A DNA stretch of 64,000 bases from Candidatus Limnocylindrales bacterium (GCA_038214375.1 JBBQRX010000014.1:1961-65960); one strand, 5' to 3'; counted from the stretch's first letter, positions 25,675-38,826 are shown. Notes: generated by a model from the letters alone, not told the origin. Made by a program: numbers and translations.

Positions 25675-26781
25675 ATGGCCGATGGGGTCCTGGATCGGAA
25701 GCTTCGGGAGCTCGTCGACCAGTACGAGCACGTCCAGGCGGAGCTCTCGACCCCCGAAGCGTCCGCGGACATGGACGCGCTCCGGCGGCTCGGCCGGGAG
25801 CTCGCGCGGCTCGAGCCCGTGGTCTCGTCGTACCGCCGCCTGGAGGCGTTGCGCGCGGAGCTGGCCGGCGCCCGCGAGATGCGCGACGCGGAGCACGACG
25901 ACGCGATGCAGGCCATGGCTCGCGAGGAGATCGACCGGCTCCAGGCGGCCGAGGCAGCCGAGCTCGAGGGCCTGACCGTCCACCTCCTGCCGCGCGACCC
26001 CAACGACGACCGGAACGTGATCCTGGAGATCCGGGCGGGCGCGGGCGGCGACGAGGCCGCGCTCTTCGCCGGCGACCTGCTTCGGATGTACCTCCGCTAC
26101 GCGGACCGGCACAGGCTCCGTGCTGAGGTCATGAGCCTCCACGAGACGGGCATCGGCGGCGTCAAGGAAGCGGTCGTCGAGATCTTCGGCGAGGGCGCGT
26201 TCAGCCGGCTCAAGTTCGAGAGCGGGACCCACCGCGTCCAGCGCGTGCCCGCCACCGAATCGTCGGGCCGGATCCACACCTCGACCGCGACGGTCGTGGT
26301 GCTGCCCGAGGCGGAGGAGGCCGACCTCTCGATCGACGAGGACCGCGACCTCCGGATCGAGGTCAAGCGCTCGTCGGGCCCCGGCGGCCAGGGCGTCAAC
26401 ACGACCGACTCGGCGGTCCGGATCACCCACCTGCCGAGCGGCCTGGTCGTGGAGATCCAGGACGAACGGAGCCAGCACAAGAACAAGGCCAAGGCGATGG
26501 CGATCCTGCGCGCCCGCCTCCTCGACCGGGAGCAGTCCCGGCAGCGGGAGGCGGACTCTCTCACGCGCCGCTCGCTGATCGGCGCCGGGGATCGCTCAGA
26601 CAAGATCCGGACCTACAACTTCGCGCAGGACCGGGTGACCGATCATCGAATCGGGATGGATCTCTCGAACCTGCCCGGCGTGCTCGACGGGAACCTCGAC
26701 CGGCTGCTGGAGGCGCTCAGCGCGACCGACCAGGCCGAGCGTCTGGCCTCCCTGGCCGACGATGGCGAAGGCGGATCCTGA
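25675..26781 (+). CDS. prfA: Peptide chain release factor 1
   Basis: EIRAGAGGDEA, PAT anticodon motif (VPATES), GPGGQGVN. Confidence 0.97.
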   Translation: MADGVLDRKLRELVDQYEHVQAELSTPEASADMDALRRLGRELARLEPVVSSYRRLEALRAELAGAREMRDAEHDDAMQAMAREEIDRLQAAEAAELEGLTVHLLPRDPNDDRNVILEIRAGAGGDEAALFAGDLLRMYLRYADRHRLRAEVMSLHETGIGGVKEAVVEIFGEGAFSRLKFESGTHRVQRVPATESSGRIHTSTATVVVLPEAEEADLSIDEDRDLRIEVKRSSGPGGQGVNTTDSAVRITHLPSGLVVEIQDERSQHKNKAKAMAILRARLLDREQSRQREADSLTRRSLIGAGDRSDKIRTYNFAQDRVTDHRIGMDLSNLPGVLDGNLDRLLEALSATDQAERLASLADDGEGGS

Positions 26782-27734
26782 CGACGGGCCCGGCCACGAC
26801 CGTCGGCGAGCTGCTGGCCGCGGGCACCGACCGGCTCCGCGCGTCCGGCTCGCCGAGCGCCCGGCTGGACGCGGAGCTGCTCCTCGCGGATGCGCTCGGC
26901 ACCGATCGGACCGGGGTGCTGGCCCATCCTTCCGGCCTCGCGGGCGACGGTCCGGCGGCCCGGTTCGGCGCCTCGCTCGAGCGGCGCGCCGCCGGCGAGC
27001 CGGTGGCGTACATCCGCGGCATGAAGGAGTTTCACGGCCTCGCCCTCGCGGTCGACGCCCGCGCGCTCGTGCCGCGCCCCGAGACCGAGCTGCTGGTGGA
27101 CCTCGCGCTCGCCGAGCTGGCCGACGTGCTGGGCCGCGCCCCGCGCCCCGCCGGAACACCGCGCGTCCACGTCGCGGACGTCGGGACCGGCAGCGGTGCC
27201 ATCGCGGTCGCGATCGCGGTCTCCCTGCGGCGCCGGGGCATGGCGCGCGAAGTGGAGACTATTGCCTCCGACCGCTCGGCCGAGGCGGCGGCGCTCGCGG
27301 CCGAGAACGCGGTCGCGCATGGGGTCGCCGATCATGTCGGGGTCGCGGTGGCCGACCTGCTGCCGGCGGACGGCACGGCGGCGGGCCTGCTCCGCGTCCC
27401 CGGGCGCTTCGACCTGGTGTGCGCGAACCTGCCCTACATCCGGACGGGCGACCTCGCCGGACTTCCCGCGCCGGTCCATTTCGAGCCTCGCGACGCGCTC
27501 GACGGGGGACCGGACGGCCTCGACGTGATCCGGCGCCTGCTCGAGCTCCTGCCCGCGAGACTGGCCCCGGCCGGGCTGGCCCTCCTCGAGATCGGGGCGG
27601 ACCAGGCGGACGGGATCGGCCGTGCGGTCGGCGTCCTCCTGCCCGGCTGGAGGTGCGATGTTGTGGATGACCTCGCCGGGATGCCCAGGATCGCCCAGGT
27701 CGTGCCACCGACGCGCCCCGCACCCGTCCCGTGA
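26778..27734 (+). CDS. prmC: Release factor glutamine methyltransferase PrmC/HemK; apparent CTG start
   Basis: [35 protein letters not shown]. The conserved N-domain (TVGELL...[18 protein letters not shown]) lies upstream of the first GTG (26916); in-frame CTG at 26778 overlaps the prfA TGA. Confidence 0.9.
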   Translation: MTTGPATTVGELLAAGTDRLRASGSPSARLDAELLLADALGTDRTGVLAHPSGLAGDGPAARFGASLERRAAGEPVAYIRGMKEFHGLALAVDARALVPRPETELLVDLALAELADVLGRAPRPAGTPRVHVADVGTGSGAIAVAIAVSLRRRGMAREVETIASDRSAEAAALAAENAVAHGVADHVGVAVADLLPADGTAAGLLRVPGRFDLVCANLPYIRTGDLAGLPAPVHFEPRDALDGGPDGLDVIRRLLELLPARLAPAGLALLEIGADQADGIGRAVGVLLPGWRCDVVDDLAGMPRIAQVVPPTRPAPVP

Positions 27735-27740
27735 GCACAT

Positions 27741-27777
27741 CGCGCATGCCGGTGCCACGCATGCCGGTGTCGCGCAT
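27741..27777. repeat. 15-bp tandem repeat (about 2.5 copies) between prmC and glyA
   Basis: cgcgcatgccggtgc / cacgcatgccggtgt / cgcgcat. Confidence 0.7.
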
Positions 27778-27927
27778 TGGACCCGCCTCGGCGGACCGCC
27801 GCTCGCCGGCTCCCGGACGCGTGGCGGGTCCTTCGGCGACAATGGCGCGGATGGCCTGGCGGGTCGCGCTCGGCGGATCGAGCGACGCTCGTGGGGCGGC
27901 GGCCGGGGGGAGCGGGAAGGAGTCGGG

Positions 27928-29208
27928 ATGAGCGTGACGGACGCCGCGCGAGCCGCGTGGGCGACGGTCGCAGAGCTGGACCCTGAGGTCTGGTCGGCGC
28001 TGCGCGGCGAGGCGGACCGCCAGCGCTGGAAGATCGAGCTGATCGCGAGCGAGAACTACACGTTCGCCGCCGTCATGGAGGCCCAGGGCTCCTGGCTCAC
28101 CAACAAGTACGCGGAGGGCCTGCCGGGCAAGCGCTACTACGGCGGCTGCGAGTACGTGGACGTCGTCGAGCGCCTGGCGCAGGATCGCGCCCTCGCGCTC
28201 TTCCCCGGCGCGGTCCACGTGAACGTCCAGCCGCATGCCGGCGCGCAGGCGAATTTCGCCGCGTTCTTCGCCGTGCTCTCGCCAGGCGACCGGATCCTGG
28301 GCATGAACCTGGCCCACGGCGGCCACCTGACCCATGGCTCGCCGGTCAACGTCAGCGGCAAGTGGTTCGAGGTCCATGCCTACGGCGTGGATCCCGAGAC
28401 GAACGTGATCGACTACGACGCGCTGGAACGGCAGGCGGCCGAGGTCCAGCCGAAGCTCGTGATCGCCGGGGCCAGCGCGTACTCGCGGATTCTCGACTTC
28501 GAGCGCTTCGCGGCGATCGCGCACGGCGTGGGCGCCTACCTCCTCGTGGACATGGCGCACATCGCCGGGCTCGTCGCCGCCGGGCTCCACCCGTCGCCGT
28601 TTCCGCACGCGGACCTCGTCACGACCACGACGCACAAGACCCTGCGGGGTCCGCGCGGTGGCCTCATCTTCTCTACCGAAGCACTCGCCAGGCAGGTGGA
28701 CCGGGCCGTCTTCCCCGGCACCCAGGGTGGGCCGCTGATGCATGTCATCGCGGCCAAGGCGGTCGCGCTGCGACTGGCCGACACGCCGGAGTTCCGTGCC
28801 GACCAGCGCCGGACCGTGGAGAACGCTCGCACCCTCGCGGCGGAGATCGCCGCCCGCGGCGGCCGGCTCGTCACCGGCGGAACGGACAACCACCTGATGA
28901 GCGTCGACGTGACGCCGTTCGGGGTGACCGGCCGGGAGGCGGAGCGCCTCCTCGACACCGTCGGGATCACCGTCAACAAGAACGCCATCCCCTTCGATCC
29001 GAACCCGCCCAACATCGCCTCGGGGATCCGGATCGGGACCCCGGCCATCACGACGCGCGGGTTCGGCGCCGCGGAGATGCGCGAGGTCGGCCGGCTCATC
29101 GTCGCGTCGCTGACCTCCCGCGACGAGCCCGCCGAGCAGGCGAAGATCGCCGCCGAGGTGCGCGACATCTGCGGGCGCTTCCCGGTCCCGGGGCTGCCCG
29201 AAGCGTGA
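27928..29208 (+). CDS. glyA: Serine hydroxymethyltransferase
   Basis: ATG after AAGGAG; [33 protein letters not shown]. Confidence 0.97.
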   Translation: MSVTDAARAAWATVAELDPEVWSALRGEADRQRWKIELIASENYTFAAVMEAQGSWLTNKYAEGLPGKRYYGGCEYVDVVERLAQDRALALFPGAVHVNVQPHAGAQANFAAFFAVLSPGDRILGMNLAHGGHLTHGSPVNVSGKWFEVHAYGVDPETNVIDYDALERQAAEVQPKLVIAGASAYSRILDFERFAAIAHGVGAYLLVDMAHIAGLVAAGLHPSPFPHADLVTTTTHKTLRGPRGGLIFSTEALARQVDRAVFPGTQGGPLMHVIAAKAVALRLADTPEFRADQRRTVENARTLAAEIAARGGRLVTGGTDNHLMSVDVTPFGVTGREAERLLDTVGITVNKNAIPFDPNPPNIASGIRIGTPAITTRGFGAAEMREVGRLIVASLTSRDEPAEQAKIAAEVRDICGRFPVPGLPEA

Positions 29209-29212
29209 CCCG

Positions 29213-30277
29213 GTGAGCGAGGGCATCGCGGGACCAGCCCTCGCTGCGTTCGCCACCGCCGCGATCCTTGCCCTCGTCCTCACCCCGGTGGTCCGCCGGA
29301 TCGCTCACCGGTTCGACGTCCTCGACCGGCCCGAGGAGCGTCGTGTCAACACGTCGCCGATCCCGCGCGGCGGCGGGATCGCGGTCGCGGCCGCGTTCGT
29401 GATCACGGCGGGCGGCCTCCTCGTGGCCGACTCGGTCTTCGAGATCTGGCCGGCCTCGGACGCACCCGTCGCGAGCGAGGTCGTCGCGCTCGTCGGCGGC
29501 GCCGCGCTGGCGGCCCTCATCGGCAGCCTGGACGACTGGTTCGACCTGCGCGCCCGCTGGCAGCTCGCCGGGCAGCTCGTGATCGCCGGCCTGGCGGTCG
29601 GGCTCGGCATCACCGTGACCCTGCTGGCCAACCCGTTCGGGCCGGGCTTCATCCGCCTTGGCGGGATCTTCGGGGCCGCCTTCGCCGTGCTCTGGGTCCT
29701 GGGGATGATCAACAGCATCAACTTCATCGACGGGCTCGACGGGCTCTCGTCGGGCGTGGCCCTGATCGCGGCGCTGACGCTGGGGATCATCAGCCTGACC
29801 GGTCCGATCGACCAGCCGGCCATCGCGCTCTTCTGCTTCGCGCTGGCGGGGGCGCTGCTGGGCTTCCTGCGCTGGAACCTCCACCCGGCTTCGATCTTCC
29901 TCGGGACAAGCGGCGTGATGGTCATCGGCTACGTGCTGGCCCTCCTCGCCATCCTCGGGAGCGCCAAGGTTGCCGTCGCCCTCCTCGTCCTGGGCGTCCC
30001 GATCATCGACACGTTCTGGATCATCGTCCGGCGCCTCTCGGAGGGACGCTCGCCGTTCTCGCCGGATCGCGGCCACATCCACCACCGGCTCCTCGACTTG
30101 GGCCTCTCCCACGGCCAGACGGTGCTCGTCATCTACGCGGTCTGCATCGCGCTCGCCGTGCTGTCGCTGCTCCTGTCCGGCACCGGCCAGCTGTACGCGT
30201 TCCTGGGCGTCTTCGTGATCTTCGGGCTGGGGCTCTACGTGCTGAGCCGCGCCGCCGGAGGGGACGGCGCCGCCTGA
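29213..30277 (+). CDS. MraY/WecA/TagO family undecaprenyl-phosphate GlcNAc-1-phosphate transferase
   Basis: PIPRGGG, LDDWFDL, NSINFIDGLDGL, IFLGTSG, DRGHIHHRL. Confidence 0.9.
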   Translation: MSEGIAGPALAAFATAAILALVLTPVVRRIAHRFDVLDRPEERRVNTSPIPRGGGIAVAAAFVITAGGLLVADSVFEIWPASDAPVASEVVALVGGAALAALIGSLDDWFDLRARWQLAGQLVIAGLAVGLGITVTLLANPFGPGFIRLGGIFGAAFAVLWVLGMINSINFIDGLDGLSSGVALIAALTLGIISLTGPIDQPAIALFCFALAGALLGFLRWNLHPASIFLGTSGVMVIGYVLALLAILGSAKVAVALLVLGVPIIDTFWIIVRRLSEGRSPFSPDRGHIHHRLLDLGLSHGQTVLVIYAVCIALAVLSLLLSGTGQLYAFLGVFVIFGLGLYVLSRAAGGDGAA

Positions 30278-30415
30278 GGAATCGGCGCAGCCTGGGAGAT
30301 CGGCGCGGCGGCAGGGCGCGCGGCGTGGCGGCAGGACGCGCGGCGCGGCCTGGAGGGACGGCGCCGCCGGAGGCGCGCTACCCTTGGCCTGCCTGGCCCA
30401 CCCGGGCAGGACGCG
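30257..30415. repeat. Local duplications: end of the wecA-like gene repeated at 30352-30373, plus (g)cggcagg(a/g)cgcgc units
   Basis: ggaggggacggcgccgcc vs ggagggacggcgccgcc; three ggcagg.cgcgc units. Confidence 0.55.
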
Positions 30416-30434
30416 CCGGTCGTGAGGAGCAGCC

Positions 30435-31502
30435 GTGAAGCGGTCGCGGCAGGAGTCGTGGGCGCTCGACGCCGTCATCGCGCTTGTCGAGGCTCCGGGC
30501 CTCCGGGTGTGGCTGGCGATCGTTGCCGCGGCGCTGGTCATCGGGACCGCGGGTTACATGCTCCTCGAAGGCTGGGACCTCTCGGACGCCCTCTACATGA
30601 CGGTCATCAGCGTGACCACGGCCGGGTTTCGCGAGGTCCGCGAGCTTGACGACGGGGGCCGCCTGTGGACCATGCTGGTCACCGGCTTCGGCGTCATCCT
30701 GATCTTCGGCAGCGTGGGCCTCGTGACCGAATACCTGGTGATCGGGGCGACGAGCGGACGGAGGCTGAGGCGACGCATGACTCGCGAGGTGGACGAGCTC
30801 CGGGACCACTTCATCCTGTGCGGCTATGGCCGGGTCGGGTCCACGGTTGCGCGCGAGCTGGTCCACGACGGCGAACCGTTCGTGGTCATCGACGCCAACC
30901 CGGAATCCCTCGAACATGCCCGCGACGACGGCTACCTGGTCGTGGAGGGCGACGCGACCGACGATGCGGTGCTTCGCGCCGGCGGGATCATGCGGGCGAA
31001 AGGCCTGGTCGCGATGATCGATTCCGACGCCCAAAACGTCTACGTGATCCTCTCGGCCCGCGCGCTCAACCCGGGCCTCTTCGTGGTCGGTCGCGCCAGC
31101 ACCCCGGCCGCCGAGGAGAAGCTGGCCCGCGCAGGGGCCGACCGGGTCGTCTCCCCGTACACGATGGCGGGCCGGCGGCTGGCAGAACTCGCCGTGCGGC
31201 CGCGCGTGGTGGACTTCCTCGACGCGGCTCTCTCGCACGGCGAGCTCTCGTTCAGCCTGGAGGAATTCCACGCCCGGGCAGGCGGCCCACTCGAAGGGGT
31301 GAGCGTCGGCGAGCTGCGCAAGCGCGGGCTCTTCGTGCTCGCGATTCTCGAGGCGGGCGACCGCTACGCGGCGAATCCGCCGGACGACCGACGCCTCGCC
31401 GGCGACGAGACGTTCATCGCGTCTGGATCCGCGGATGCCCTCAAGGCGGCGCGGGCGGAGCCGACCGACACGGGCCGGCGTCCGAGCGCCGCGCGACGCT
31501 GA
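30435..31502 (+). CDS. Potassium channel protein (2-TM pore, RCK/TrkA-N and TrkA-C)
   Basis: LYMTVISVTTAGFRE pore, ILCGYGRVG, GDAT, ADRVVSPY. Confidence 0.88.
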   Translation: MKRSRQESWALDAVIALVEAPGLRVWLAIVAAALVIGTAGYMLLEGWDLSDALYMTVISVTTAGFREVRELDDGGRLWTMLVTGFGVILIFGSVGLVTEYLVIGATSGRRLRRRMTREVDELRDHFILCGYGRVGSTVARELVHDGEPFVVIDANPESLEHARDDGYLVVEGDATDDAVLRAGGIMRAKGLVAMIDSDAQNVYVILSARALNPGLFVVGRASTPAAEEKLARAGADRVVSPYTMAGRRLAELAVRPRVVDFLDAALSHGELSFSLEEFHARAGGPLEGVSVGELRKRGLFVLAILEAGDRYAANPPDDRRLAGDETFIASGSADALKAARAEPTDTGRRPSAARR

Positions 31503-31576
31503 GGGCCGGGGGCCCCAGGGCCGGGGCGGTGGGCGGTGGGCGGTGGCGCCCTCGCCGGGGCGCCCGGGATGGGGGT

Positions 31577-31606
31577 TTGCCGCCCGGACACACCCGTTGC
31601 TATACT
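31577..31606 (+). promoter_or_regulatory. atp operon promoter (TTGCCG-N18-TATACT, extended -10)
   Basis: TGC-TATACT at 31598-31606. Confidence 0.6.
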
Positions 31607-31636
31607 CGCGCGGCTTCGCCAGGGAGCCGAATCAAC

Positions 31637-31855
31637 GTGCCCGAACGGGCCTGGGGCTACTTCGCACTGTTCTCCGAGATCGGCCTCGTGCTCCTCGTGA
31701 CGGTCCTGGTGGGCGTGCTGAGCGGATACTGGGTGGACCAGCAGCTTCGAACGCTGCCGATCTTCGTCCTCGTCGGGCTCTTCGTCGGGCTCGGAGCGGG
31801 CGCCCGGGCGGTCTACCAGCTTATCAGCAGGTTCCTGGCGACCTTCGAGGACTGA
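31637..31855 (+). CDS. AtpZ/AtpI-family (ATPase gene 1) small membrane protein
   Basis: MPERAWGYFALFSEIGL...GYWVDQQLRTLPIFVLVGLFVG; first gene of the atp operon; AGGGAG SD. Confidence 0.85.
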   Translation: MPERAWGYFALFSEIGLVLLVTVLVGVLSGYWVDQQLRTLPIFVLVGLFVGLGAGARAVYQLISRFLATFED

Positions 31856-31958
31856 CCCGGGAGAGCGCGGCGGTCGGCCTTCCCCCGGTGCATGGAGAGA
31901 GCGTGGCGAGCAGCGGCAGATGGAGGGACCCGCACGAGGCGCCCGCGGAGCCGGCACG

Positions 31959-32954
31959 GTGAGCCGGTTCCTGACGCGGCGCACCCTCGGCTATCTCGTG
32001 CTCGCCGTCCTCGCGCTGGACGTCCTTGCGTTCCTGGCCATTCCCCCGGCCGAGAAGGGCGAGGCCTCCGGCACGACCTGTGCCTACCCGGTCTGCTTCA
32101 TCAACGGCAACCTGGAGCTTCCGGCGCCGCACGTCATCCTGGACCTGGACGCGGCGAACCCCACGCCGACCGGGCCGCTCGTGGTGGGCTTCTGGCCCAG
32201 CATCACGAGCACGATCTTCACGATGTGGATCGTGATCCTGCTGGTCCTCGGCCTCTCGATCGGGATGACGCGCCGCCGGGACGTCATCCCCGGACGCCTC
32301 CAGAACGCGGCCGAGCTGGCCTACGAATCGCTGGAGAATTTCGCGGTCTCCCTGGGCGGCGATCGTGCCCGGCCGTACGTTCCGTGGTTCGCGGGGCTCT
32401 TCATCTTCATCGTCGCCGGCAACTGGATCGGCCTCGTTTCGCCCGTCGGCAAGCTCGAGGAGCTGCGCGCGCCGACCAGCGACGTCAACGTGACGCTCGG
32501 CCTGGCGCTCGTCAGCTTCACGGTCTTCCAGGTGGAGGGGTTCCGCGCGCTGGGCGTCGGCGGGTACCTCGGCAAGTTCTTCCCGCTGTACGAGTTCAGG
32601 AACGGCGTCGGCGCCGGCATCATCGCGCTCTTCGTGGGGCTGATCGAGCTCCTCCTCGAGTTCATCAAGCCCATCACGCTGTCGATGCGACTCTTCGGCA
32701 ATATCTACGGGGGCGAGGTCGCCCTCGGCGTGGTCACCGGCCTCACGGTCGCCATCCTGCCGGTCGCGCTCTACGGGCTGGAGTTCCTGCTGAACCTGGT
32801 CCAGGCGCTCATCTTCAGCGTCCTCTCGCTGATGTTCATCCTGATCGCCACGGAAGGTCACGAACACGAGGAGGGCCACCTCGCCGAGGAGATCCTCGAC
32901 GCTCCCGCGGACATGACCGCACCCGCCATGCACACGAGCCCGTCAGGGGCCTGA
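31959..32954 (+). CDS. atpB: F0F1 ATP synthase subunit a
   Basis: PGRLQN, PTSDVN, LSMRLFGNI (essential Arg), QALIF; extra N-terminal TM plus loop. Start 31959 or 31920. Confidence 0.95.
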   Translation: MSRFLTRRTLGYLVLAVLALDVLAFLAIPPAEKGEASGTTCAYPVCFINGNLELPAPHVILDLDAANPTPTGPLVVGFWPSITSTIFTMWIVILLVLGLSIGMTRRRDVIPGRLQNAAELAYESLENFAVSLGGDRARPYVPWFAGLFIFIVAGNWIGLVSPVGKLEELRAPTSDVNVTLGLALVSFTVFQVEGFRALGVGGYLGKFFPLYEFRNGVGAGIIALFVGLIELLLEFIKPITLSMRLFGNIYGGEVALGVVTGLTVAILPVALYGLEFLLNLVQALIFSVLSLMFILIATEGHEHEEGHLAEEILDAPADMTAPAMHTSPSGA

Positions 32955-33004
32955 TCCACCGTCACCAGACCCCGGGAGACCCCGGAGGCAGGAGGGAGTA
33001 ACTC

Positions 33005-33217
33005 ATGGAGCATCTCGGCGCAGGCCTTGCGGCCCTCGGGGTCATCGGCCCCGGCATCGGCATCGGCATCCTCGCGGGCCTTTCGAGCAGCGCGATCAGC
33101 CGGAATCCCGACGCCGCATCGCAGATCCGCGGCCTTGCCATCATCCTCGCGGCGTTCGCCGAAGGGCTCGGCGTCCTCGCGGTGGTGGTCGGCCTCCTCG
33201 CGATCTTCATCAAGTAG
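33005..33217 (+). CDS. atpE: F0F1 ATP synthase subunit c (H+-type)
   Basis: GPGIGIG, RNP loop, FAEGL; lacks the Na+ signature residues. Confidence 0.96.
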   Translation: MEHLGAGLAALGVIGPGIGIGILAGLSSSAISRNPDAASQIRGLAIILAAFAEGLGVLAVVVGLLAIFIK

Positions 33218-33238
33218 GCGACGAGCCGGAGTCCCATC

Positions 33239-33937
33239 GTGGCATTCGTCGACGCCGGCCAGGCGGCCCGCGAGGTCGTCCGCCTCCAGGCCGAGGCCGC
33301 GACCCCCGGGTTGACCATCAACCTGTTCTGGATCATCGTCGCCGCCCTCAACTTCCTGGTCTTCTTCGCCGTGCTCTACCTGGTCGTCCTCAAGCCGATC
33401 GCGGCCACCCTGAAGGACCGCCGCGCGCGGATCGAGCAGGGCATCCACGACGCCGACCAGGCGCGGATCGAGCGCGCCGCGGGCGAGGCGGCCGCGCTGG
33501 CCGAGCTCACCAACGCGCGCCGCGAGGCTCGAGAGATCCTCGACCGCGCCCAGAAGCTCGCGGACGAGAGCCGCGCGGCGGACGTCGCGGCCACGCGCGA
33601 GGAGCTGGAGCGGATGCGCGTCCGCGCGTCCGCGGAGATCGAGGCCGAGAAGACGCGCGCCATCGCCGACCTGCGGACCGAGGTTGCCACGCTCGCCCTC
33701 GATGCCGCTGGCCGCGTGGTGGGCGAGACGATGAGCAGCGACCGGCAGCGGCGGCTGGTCGAGGAGTATCTCGCCGAATCCGTCGTCGGCAGGCCTGCTG
33801 CGGCGGGGGCGCCCGCCGCGGGGGCGCCCGCCGCGGGGGCGCACGCTGCCGGAGCGAACGCCGCCGGCAGGCCCGCGGCCGACAACGCGGCCGACAACGC
33901 GGCCGGCGAATCCGCACCCGACCGGCCCACCGCCTGA
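33239..33937 (+). CDS. atpF: F0F1 ATP synthase subunit b with repetitive C-terminal tail
   Basis: N-terminal TM, KPIAATLKDRRARI, coiled coil; operon position. Confidence 0.93.
   Translation: MAFVDAGQAAREVVRLQAEAATPGLTINLFWIIVAALNFLVFFAVLYLVVLKPIAATLKDRRARIEQGIHDADQARIERAAGEAAALAELTNARREAREILDRAQKLADESRAADVAATREELERMRVRASAEIEAEKTRAIADLRTEVATLALDAAGRVVGETMSSDRQRRLVEEYLAESVVGRPAAAGAPAAGAPAAGAHAAGANAAGRPAADNAADNAAGESAPDRPTA
33800..33905. repeat. 15-bp (AAGAP) and 12-bp (AADN) tandem repeats in the atpF tail
   Basis: gcgggggcgcccgcc units; gcggccgacaac x2. Confidence 0.8.
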
Positions 33938-34482
33938 TGGCGACCGCCACGACCGCCGCTCGCCGCTATGCGGAGGCCGCCCTCGAGCTCGCCCGCCGTG
34001 ACGGGACCCTCGACGCGTGGCTCGTCGACCTGCGCCTCGCCGCGGAGGTCGTCGGCGCGAAGGAGGCGGCCACGGTCGTGGACAACCCGGCGATCGCCTG
34101 GGAGGTCCGCCGCGCGACCATCACAGGCCTGCTCGGTGACCGCGTCGGCGCACCGACCCGGAACCTCGTCCTGCTCCTCGCCCGGCGCGGCCGGCTCGCG
34201 ATCCTGCCGCGCGTCGCGGACGAGCTCAAGCGACTCGTGGACCGCGAGCACAACGTCGTGGTTGCGACCGTGACGAGCGCCCAACCCCTCGAGCCCGGCG
34301 AGCTCGCGGCCGTCGCCGAGCGCGTCGCGGCCACGTCCGGCGCGCGCGTCGAGACCCACGAGGTGGTGGACCCCGGGCTGATCGGCGGCCTGACCGTCCG
34401 CGTCGGCGACCGACTCATCGATGCCAGCGTGCGGGGACGGCTTGCGCGGCTCCGCGAAAGCCTCGTCGCTGGAGCTCGCTGA
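33937..34482 (+). CDS. atpH: ATP synthase subunit delta
   Basis: ARRYAEA, VTSAQPL, VDPGLIGG...IDASVRGRL. Confidence 0.95.
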   Translation: MATATTAARRYAEAALELARRDGTLDAWLVDLRLAAEVVGAKEAATVVDNPAIAWEVRRATITGLLGDRVGAPTRNLVLLLARRGRLAILPRVADELKRLVDREHNVVVATVTSAQPLEPGELAAVAERVAATSGARVETHEVVDPGLIGGLTVRVGDRLIDASVRGRLARLRESLVAGAR

Positions 34483-34507
34483 CCCCCGCACCTGAACGGA
34501 GCACCGA

Positions 34508-36043
34508 ATGGCCATCCGATCCGACGAGATCATCAGCATCATCAAGGCGAACATCGACAACTTCGACCCGACCGCGGAGACGCGCAACGTCGGGACGGTC
34601 GTCGAGGTCGGCGACGGCATCGCCACGATCTACGGCCTCGAGGGCGCACTCGCGTCCGAGCTCCTGGAGTTCCCCGCCGGCGTCATGGGCATGGCCCTGA
34701 ACCTTGCCGAGGAGACCGTCGGCGCCGTGATCCTCGGCAACGCGTCCGCGATCAAGGAGGGCGACGTCGTCAAGACGACGGGTCGGATCGTGGAGGTGCC
34801 GGTTGGCGCGGCGCTGCTCGGGCGCGTCGTGGACCCGCTGGGCCGCCCGCTCGACGACAAGGGCCCCATCGAGACGACGAAGCTCCGACCGGCCGAGCGG
34901 ATCGCCCCGGGCGTCATCGCCCGCAAGGGCGTCGACACGCCCGTCCAGACCGGCATCAAGGCGATCGACGCGCTGATCCCGATCGGCCGCGGCCAGCGCG
35001 AGCTCATCATCGGCGACCGCCAGACCGGCAAGACTGCCATTGCCATCGACACGATCATCAACCAGAAGGGCCAGGGCCTCGTCTGCATCTACGTGGCGAT
35101 CGGCCAGAAGCTCTCCACCGTCGCCGCCACGGTGGCGATCCTCGAGCGGCACGGCGCGATGGACCACACGATCGTGGTCGTCGCCGGCGCCGAGGATCCC
35201 GCCCCGCTCCAGTACCTCGCCCCGTACGCGGGCGTGGCGATGGGCGAGGAGGTCATGGAGAACGGCGTGGAGGTCCCCGGGCAGGGGCTCGTGAAGGACG
35301 CCCTGTGCGTCTACGACGACCTGAGCAAGCACGCCTGGGCGTACCGCGAGATGTCCCTGCTGCTTCGCCGGCCGCCCGGCCGCGAGGCGTATCCGGGCGA
35401 CGTCTTCTACCTCCACAGCCGCCTCCTGGAGCGCGCGGCGCGCCTCAACGACGACAACGGGGGCGGCTCGCTGACCGCGCTCCCGATCGTCGAGACGCAG
35501 GCCGGCGACGTCTCCGCCTACATCCCCACGAACGTGATCTCCATCACGGACGGCCAGATCTTCCTGGAGACCGACCTCTTCAACGCTGGCCAGCGACCCG
35601 CGCTCAACATCGGCATCTCGGTCTCCCGCGTCGGCTCCGCGGCCCAGACGAAGGCGATGAAGAAGGTGGCCGGGCCGCTCAAGCTGGACCTGGCCCAGTA
35701 CCGCGCCCTTGCCGCGTTCGCCCAGTTCGCCTCGGACCTGGACAAGGCCACGCGGGACCAGCTGACCCGCGGCGAGAAGCTCTCCGAGATCGTCAAGCAG
35801 CCCCAGTACCAGCCGCTCCCGGTGGAGAAGCAGGTCGCGATCCTCTACGTCGCCACCAAGGGCCAGCTCGACGACATCCCGACCCCGCGGGTCAAGGAGT
35901 TCGAGGCCGGCCTGTACCGGTACCTGGAGACGGAGAAGCCCGAGGTCCTCGAGAAGCTTGGCCGCACGAAGGACCTCGACGACGAGATCACCAAAGGTCT
36001 CGACGACGCGGTCGCGGCCTATCGCACCACGTTCCTCGCGTAG
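34508..36043 (+). CDS. atpA: ATP synthase subunit alpha
   Basis: [29 protein letters not shown]. Confidence 0.98.
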   Translation: MAIRSDEIISIIKANIDNFDPTAETRNVGTVVEVGDGIATIYGLEGALASELLEFPAGVMGMALNLAEETVGAVILGNASAIKEGDVVKTTGRIVEVPVGAALLGRVVDPLGRPLDDKGPIETTKLRPAERIAPGVIARKGVDTPVQTGIKAIDALIPIGRGQRELIIGDRQTGKTAIAIDTIINQKGQGLVCIYVAIGQKLSTVAATVAILERHGAMDHTIVVVAGAEDPAPLQYLAPYAGVAMGEEVMENGVEVPGQGLVKDALCVYDDLSKHAWAYREMSLLLRRPPGREAYPGDVFYLHSRLLERAARLNDDNGGGSLTALPIVETQAGDVSAYIPTNVISITDGQIFLETDLFNAGQRPALNIGISVSRVGSAAQTKAMKKVAGPLKLDLAQYRALAAFAQFASDLDKATRDQLTRGEKLSEIVKQPQYQPLPVEKQVAILYVATKGQLDDIPTPRVKEFEAGLYRYLETEKPEVLEKLGRTKDLDDEITKGLDDAVAAYRTTFLA

Positions 36044-36070
36044 CGGCCGGACGGGGCGCAGGAGCGGCGA

Positions 36071-38363
<2,293 letters not shown>

Positions 38364-38373
38364 AGGATCGCCG

Positions 38374-38802
38374 ATGCCGTTCCGGCTGGAGATCGTCACC
38401 CCGGAGAAGCGCGCCTACGCCGACGACGTGGACTTCGTGGCGCTGCCCGGCAGCGAGGGTGAGCTCGGCGTGCTGCCGCACCACGCCCCGCTGATCTCGA
38501 TTTTGGGGGCCGGCGAGCTGCGCGTCCGCAAGGGCGGCGTCGAGGAGTCGTTCGCCATCATCGGCGGGTTCGTGCAGGTGCTCCCCGACAAGGTGGTCGT
38601 GATGGCGGAGACCGCGGACCTCGCATCCGAGATCGACCTGGAGCGGGCGCAGGCAGCCCGCCACGCCGCCGAGCGCGCCCTCGAGGCCGGGATCGTCGAG
38701 CGGATCGACCTCGACCAGGCCAGGGCGCAGCTGGAGGCGGCCCTCGTCCGTATCCGGGTTGCCGAGCGCCGTCACCGGGAGGGGCCGCACCGGCGCGGGT
38801 AG
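38374..38802 (+). CDS. atpC: ATP synthase subunit epsilon
   Basis: EIVTPE, GELGVLPHHAP, GGFVQV. Confidence 0.96.
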   Translation: MPFRLEIVTPEKRAYADDVDFVALPGSEGELGVLPHHAPLISILGAGELRVRKGGVEESFAIIGGFVQVLPDKVVVMAETADLASEIDLERAQAARHAAERALEAGIVERIDLDQARAQLEAALVRIRVAERRHREGPHRRG

Positions 38803-38826
38803 CGCCGGAGGCGGCCTGGAACAGCC

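Noticed and set aside
27855-27927. ZMP/ZTP riboswitch-like GTCGCG...GGCG...GAGCGAC upstream of glyA
   Set aside because: Lacks the P2 hairpin and the downstream CGCCUGGGC pseudoknot partner.
33005-33217. Na+-translocating ATP synthase
   Set aside because: The c subunit lacks the Gln and Glu-Ser/Thr Na+ ligands.
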